Part shown: piece after piece, positions 27,385-32,000 of the stretch | Position numbering within the stretch: position 1 is the stretch's first letter | Layout: the number at the start of each line of letters is the position of its first letter | Assembly (NCBI GenBank): GCA_964510585.1 | Contig: CAZECW010000082.1 | Span: 1-32,000, forward strand | Source: an uncultured archaeon | GTDB lineage: Archaea > Asgardarchaeota > Jordiarchaeia > Jordiarchaeales > Jordiarchaeaceae | DNA: 32,000 nt | Direction of reading: 5' to 3' | The notes under the pieces: generated by a model | The model's input: the letters and a program-made list of their open reading frames with translations, nothing else | Databases searched by the model: none | Told to the model about the DNA's origin: nothing | Program-made: the position numbers and the translations under genes

Positions 27385-27942
27385 TTGGAGGGTTTGTTGG
27401 TGTCGCGAGAAATTTTCGGTTCTATTCCTGGAGAGGCGAACAGAATTGGTGATTTTGCCGAGATTTTGAATGAGGAGTTGATGTCTTCAAACATCCGAGT
27501 TAAGAGGAAAAGCCAGTTTGAATGGAAGGTGAGAAGGGGCATTAATACGAAGGGGAAACTGAGAATCTATAGGAGTGGCTCAAACATTGTTTATGAGGGG
27601 AGAGTTGGACATAACTATATTCCCCTAGTTCTTTCTCTAATCTTAACACTTGCGCTCCTAATTGTCTCCCTGTTTTTCATCTTTCTTGGAATTTTCTTCA
27701 CATTCTTTTTCCTATTCATTTTCCTGGCGTTGGGTGATGTCGACCGCTTGGAATACGAGGTTGAAGACGCGTTACAACGTGCAATAAACAGGTTTTCACC
27801 ACAGCCAACCATTTCAACCCCTCAAAGGGAAGAGAAAATAGCCAAGTATGAACCCAGCTCAGACCATTACTGTATGTACTGTGGACGTCGAATAACTCCT
27901 GACGCAATATACTGTCCCAGATGCGGAGGAAGAATACGATAA
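27385..27942 (+). CDS. Membrane protein with C-terminal zinc ribbon
   Basis: A long hydrophobic stretch (about two TM helices) and a terminal YCMYCG...YCPRCG; the start may be about 12-15 nt downstream. Confidence 0.8.
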   Translation: MEGLLVSREIFGSIPGEANRIGDFAEILNEELMSSNIRVKRKSQFEWKVRRGINTKGKLRIYRSGSNIVYEGRVGHNYIPLVLSLILTLALLIVSLFFIFLGIFFTFFFLFIFLALGDVDRLEYEVEDALQRAINRFSPQPTISTPQREEKIAKYEPSSDHYCMYCGRRITPDAIYCPRCGGRIR

Positions 27943-27990
27943 GGTTCCAATATTATACTGTTTCCTTCAAGGAAATGTGCTGCGATTTGA

Positions 27991-28737
27991 TTAAGTTGTG
28001 GGCAGGTTGTAGTAGTTCTGGAATCTTAGTGCGTCTTCCTTCATTGTGATATTGTTAAAAAGTAGGTAGCACTGTTTAACATTTATTGACTTAATGATGT
28101 CCTTTAGTCTGTAGAGGTCGTTGTCCGTGTATGTGTATTTGTACATTTTTTTGCCTGGGGGAGCGCCGTGCAGCCTTAGGTAGGCTGTGTCTTTAGCCAG
28201 GTAGGCGGGGTTTGATGCAAAGGGGTCAACCGTGTGGGTTATGTCGAGTTCTTCGCAGAGGCTTTTAACAAGTGGGGCGGTCCAGTTTTTCCCGCGGGGT
28301 TCCCAAGCAAATATTAGTCCTTCACGGTTTATTGTTGAGAAGAATTCCTTCATGTTTTTGATGTTCTCTTCGGATGGTGTGAAGCTGGCTGGGCACTGGA
28401 AGAGGCATACCTTGGCCTCTAGAATCTTGCAGATTGTGCTTATGGTTTCCCAGGCCTCTGAAACCTCAGGTGTGGGTTTAAAGTGGCCGTAAAGCTTCTT
28501 TTTTTCCTCTGGAATTTTAATTCCGGCCTTTTTGTAGGTGGGAGAGTTTGGGTCATGGGTTATGAGTTGCCAAGCCTTTACTGCGAACTCGAAATCTTTG
28601 GGGGCCCTGCTGCGCCAATTTTTCAAGGTTTCCTCGCTGGGGGGTTTATAGAAGGTCCTTTGAACCTCTGTTAATTTAAATTTTTTAAAATACTGTTCAA
28701 TGCTTTCCGGAAAACCACAACAGCCTATCTTAATCAT
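27991..28737 (-). CDS. DUF72-family protein
   Basis: IKIGCCGF, EVQRTFY, FAVKAWQLITH, FQCPASF, WEPRG, YLRLHG and LFNN. Confidence 0.9.
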   Translation of the reverse strand: MIKIGCCGFPESIEQYFKKFKLTEVQRTFYKPPSEETLKNWRSRAPKDFEFAVKAWQLITHDPNSPTYKKAGIKIPEEKKKLYGHFKPTPEVSEAWETISTICKILEAKVCLFQCPASFTPSEENIKNMKEFFSTINREGLIFAWEPRGKNWTAPLVKSLCEELDITHTVDPFASNPAYLAKDTAYLRLHGAPPGKKMYKYTYTDNDLYRLKDIIKSINVKQCYLLFNNITMKEDALRFQNYYNLPTT

Positions 28738-29085
28738 ATTCTACTCCCAAGAGAATTGAGTACATGAAGCTTTTCTATTTTTTGAGTGCGCCCCACAATT
28801 TTCAAATAATAGAAGGCAATGTGGGAATGCTTGATTCTAACCCTTTACTTTTAGGCTCAAATAGAAAAATAAGCGCTATTGAAGCTTCTTTCAGATGTGA
28901 AACTGGACAACTCCAAATTTTCATAGAAGGAAAAAACGATAATTATTATAAACATACTAGGATATGATTCTAACAATAAAAATAATGGATGCGCAGCATT
29001 AAAGTTACGCGTTGATGAAACAAATGCAGGTTTTAAGATTTTGCACAAATTTGGTTCCGAGCTTAAGTTTTGAGGAGCGGGTTTT

Positions 29086-30477
29086 ATGGATCTCAAAAAA
29101 GTTTTCGAGCCCAAAAGTATGGCTGTCGTGGGAGTTTCGGTTACCAACCCGTTAAACCCTGGTACTGTTATTTTTAACAAAAATCATCACGAAATGCAAG
29201 TAAAAACCTTTCCGATTAACCTTAGAGGAGGAAGCATTGAGGGGACACAAATCTACCCCACAGTTCTAGATATACCCGAGGAAGTGGATTTAGCGGTCAT
29301 AGTAGTGCGGGCGGACCTGGTAAACTCCGTTTTGGAGGACTGTGGAAAAGCGGGCATCGGGGGCGCAATTGTTATATCGGGAGGTTTTGCCGAGATGGGA
29401 AATGGGGGAGTTGAACTCCAAAATCAACTGGTCAAGATAGCAAACGAGTATGACATTGCCCTTATAGGCCCAAACTGTATGGGGGTATATAGTCCACCTT
29501 ATGTTGACACCTTTTTTATACCTAGTGAGAGAATGCTTAAGCCCCCACCTGGAAATGTGGCTATCTTGAGCCAAAGTGGGGGCTTTATTGTTGACCAGTT
29601 TCTAAGCAAATATGCGGAGAGAAAAATTGGCGTTTCAGCCGCAGTTAGCATAGGAAACAAGGCGGTGGTGGATGAAACAATTCTTATGGAGTATTTCCTC
29701 AAAGACAAGAGGACCAAAACTGTGGCAATGTATATTGAAGGATTTAGGGAGGGAGAGGGCAGGAGATTCTTGGATGTTGCTGCCGAATTCGGGGACAACA
29801 AGAACATCATAGTTTTTAGAGCGGGAAAAACTGATGTTGGGCGGAAAGCGGCTATGTCCCACACGAGCTCAATTGCTGCTTCACCCCGATTAGCCTCTGA
29901 TGTCTTTAGGCAGTATGGAATAGTGGAGGCGGAAAATGAGCAGGAAATAGTTAGTTTCGCCAAGGTACTTTCATTCAAGAACAAGCCCATAAAGAACGGA
30001 GACATAGCCATACTAACAGTTTCGGGAGGACATGGCGTGGTCTGCGCAGATTTAGCAGTTAAATATGGCTTAAATCTTGTAGAGTTCACTCAAGAAGAAA
30101 TGAAGGAAATGAAGCAGTTGATAAGTCCTGCAGCAGCGCGTATAGCATCTTTGTCGAATCCTATAGACCTCACAGGAAGCGCAGAGGACATAGATATGGA
30201 AAGAGTATTAGAGTACATTCTTCAAATAGACAGGGTTGAGGCAGTTCTAATATTAAACTTCCCCTATCCTCCCACAATAAGTATGCAGATAGGCCGCAGG
30301 TTATCCAATATTGCTGGAAGATACGGTAAGCCAGTAGTAGCATACGTACCCTGGCTTTTAAAGTATGACATAATAATTGAAGGATTCGAAATAAACAATG
30401 TACCAGTAGCCCACACCCTAGAAGAGGCGGTTCAAATGATAAAGGGATTAAAAATGAGACGCCCTAAAAAACCATAA
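29086..30477 (+). CDS. ADP-forming acyl-CoA synthetase alpha subunit / CoA-binding protein, second paralog
   Basis: PKSMAVVGVS, GPNCMG, SQSGG, SIGNKA, SHTSS (phospho-His), VSGGHG and NPIDLTG; no ATP-grasp domain. Confidence 0.87.
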   Translation: MDLKKVFEPKSMAVVGVSVTNPLNPGTVIFNKNHHEMQVKTFPINLRGGSIEGTQIYPTVLDIPEEVDLAVIVVRADLVNSVLEDCGKAGIGGAIVISGGFAEMGNGGVELQNQLVKIANEYDIALIGPNCMGVYSPPYVDTFFIPSERMLKPPPGNVAILSQSGGFIVDQFLSKYAERKIGVSAAVSIGNKAVVDETILMEYFLKDKRTKTVAMYIEGFREGEGRRFLDVAAEFGDNKNIIVFRAGKTDVGRKAAMSHTSSIAASPRLASDVFRQYGIVEAENEQEIVSFAKVLSFKNKPIKNGDIAILTVSGGHGVVCADLAVKYGLNLVEFTQEEMKEMKQLISPAAARIASLSNPIDLTGSAEDIDMERVLEYILQIDRVEAVLILNFPYPPTISMQIGRRLSNIAGRYGKPVVAYVPWLLKYDIIIEGFEINNVPVAHTLEEAVQMIKGLKMRRPKKP

Positions 30478-30704
30478 TAACCTAGTTTTCCAAGAATTCC
30501 GGAAGGAGTATCGGATAACTACCCTAAACAACCAACCATATATCCAAAGATAGTTTCGAAAAAGATAAGTAATCGTGGGTAAAAACAATTTTTTGTGCGG
30601 TTTTTTAAATTTTTCACTAAAATTTTATATATTTTGTTTGGGAAATTTTAATTAGCAAGTATACTTGTGTAGAGTTAAAAAAGGCAAGTGTGGGGTTAAG
30701 TTAG

Positions 30705-31499
30705 TTGTTGACACCCGACTATCTCACTTTTTTAATTAATTATGAATTCCTGTTGACCATACTGGTGCTCTTCGTTAGTGCTAATTTCATCTGGCGATTT
30801 TGGAAATTAAGAAAGGTTCCCTTGATTTATCTCGCCCTCACATTCATTCTCTTCGCCTTGGGAGTATTTTTCGTTGCTTTGAGTCACATCGACCACTTCG
30901 CTATTTATCCCATTCTTCTCAGAGACTACATGATTGATAGTTACGTGTTACCTTTCAGAATTCAAGGCCACTTTTACTCGGTTCTTACCGATTGGGTCAT
31001 AATAATTTTTCAAGGCTGGCTGAAGGGCTCCATATACATTTTCTCATTCTCCATCGCGCTGGCTGCTGTTGGAAACCTCTTCCTTTTCGCCTTCACTCTG
31101 GAAGCGTTCTTACAGAAAAAGAAAAAGTGGATGATCCTCTATTCCATAATTTTCACGCCGCTATTCATTATTATACTCGTTTCATTCAATGTTACATTAA
31201 ACTTTATGCTGGCAATGATAATTGGACTCGTCACCTATATACCATTGATATACTTAGCGTTAAAGGCAGCCAAGATAACTGAAAAAAGGCTTTTCCGCTA
31301 TGGGTTCATTATGATTTCTTTTACCTCTGTATTCCTATCGTTGTTCTTTGTTTTTCTATTCATAGAGGGAGCCTTAACAGAGGGATGGAGCATATTCGTA
31401 CCCATAGGATACACCATGGGACTACTAGCAGGCATATCTGCATACGTGGGATACGTTTTGCCAAACTGGTTCCGCAGACTAATACGCGAAAAAGGTTAG
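30705..31499 (+). CDS. Predicted seven-transmembrane protein
   Basis: Seven hydrophobic segments counted by eye, ending YVGYVLPNWFRRLIREKG. Confidence 0.75.
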   Translation: MLTPDYLTFLINYEFLLTILVLFVSANFIWRFWKLRKVPLIYLALTFILFALGVFFVALSHIDHFAIYPILLRDYMIDSYVLPFRIQGHFYSVLTDWVIIIFQGWLKGSIYIFSFSIALAAVGNLFLFAFTLEAFLQKKKKWMILYSIIFTPLFIIILVSFNVTLNFMLAMIIGLVTYIPLIYLALKAAKITEKRLFRYGFIMISFTSVFLSLFFVFLFIEGALTEGWSIFVPIGYTMGLLAGISAYVGYVLPNWFRRLIREKG

Positions 31500-31592
31500 A
31501 GACGAACAACCATCAAATCCTGCACAAAAGCAGGATTCAACCTTTTTTATATAGTTAAAAGTTTTTTTGGCTCACATGTTTTTTATGGCTAT

Positions 31593-32000
31593 TTAAATAT
31601 CGACTGTTTCCCCTACTCTGAGAATTCTGCAGTTTATCCCTTTTTTATCTAACCGCTCTTTAAATTCCTCAGCTATGTACCTCTTTTGCTCAGAGAAATG
31701 GAAGGGTACTACCATTTGTGGCTTTATTTTCATAAATGCATTGATGTAATCCTCATAGAAGTCTGGGAAACAGGCAGAAAATACTAGTTTAACACCCCTC
31801 ACCTCTGGAAATCTAGCTGAGTCACCCGAATGCAAGATACCCTCATAAAAGTAGCTGACGCTCTCCTCAGACTTCAAACACCAACTCTCCAAAATTTTAA
31901 CGCCCTCAAATTCTTTCCCCACTTCCGCCCTGCTTCCCTCAAGACCATACATACTCAAAACAGTGTAGGGCGCAACTAAAGGTGCATTTAGCATTTTGAA
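31593..32000 (-). CDS. C-terminal part of an MBL-fold metallo-hydrolase (5' end outside the window)
   Basis: The frame is open to the window edge; HSGDS and IKPQMVVPFH motifs. Confidence 0.65.
   Translation of the reverse strand, partial: FKMLNAPLVAPYTVLSMYGLEGSRAEVGKEFEGVKILESWCLKSEESVSYFYEGILHSGDSARFPEVRGVKLVFSACFPDFYEDYINAFMKIKPQMVVPFHFSEQKRYIAEEFKERLDKKGINCRILRVGETVDI

Noticed and set aside
28937-28951. Per-box-like CGATAATTATTATAA upstream of the second ACD alpha gene
   Set aside because: Such matches are expected by chance in AT-rich intergenic DNA, and there is no functional link.
1156-31282. Numerous short or antisense ORFs in the track (e.g. 1377-1922, 3321-3695, 22543-22953, 25903-26394, 28857-29180)
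   Set aside because: They overlap well-supported genes on the opposite strand or frame and lack motifs; treated as shadow ORFs.
30705-31499. Microbial rhodopsin or heliorhodopsin
   Set aside because: No retinal-binding Lys in TM7 and no rhodopsin TM3 motif.

Overview
Archaeal chromosomal segment, inferred from an archaeal-type ATP-dependent DNA ligase, stand-alone ADP-forming acyl-CoA synthetase alpha subunits, TATA/BRE-like promoters and frequent TTG starts. An Asgard- or Bathyarchaeia-like host is plausible but cannot be shown from this window. From left to right it contains: the left end of an IS200/IS605 (IS608-like) element followed by a structured non-coding stretch that runs off the window edge; an AT-rich orphan ORF; an ACD alpha subunit; a YkgJ-type Cys-cluster protein; a hypothetical protein; an alpha/beta hydrolase; a five-gene alpha-glucan/trehalose cluster (glgP divergent from treS-mak, glgB, GH57/DUF3536, malQ); a second hydrolase; a Fur/PerR-peroxiredoxin-Fur/PerR module; DNA ligase; an OsmC-family protein; a tandem pair of phenylacetate-CoA-ligase-like genes, one degenerate; a 134-bp MITE; a flavodiiron protein; a zinc-ribbon membrane protein; DUF72; a second ACD alpha subunit; a 7TM protein; and a truncated MBL-fold gene. 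The most interesting points are the apparently kinase-dead maltokinase domain in a cluster without GlgE/GlgA, the pseudoenzyme/enzyme PaaK pair, the IS left-end structured RNA, an orphan promoter plus hairpins beside the second Fur (candidate sRNA), a probable ATT start for glgB, and a gene-scale G+T to A+C gradient. No CRISPR array, tRNA or rRNA was recognised. All family assignments come from motif recognition by eye, not database searches.
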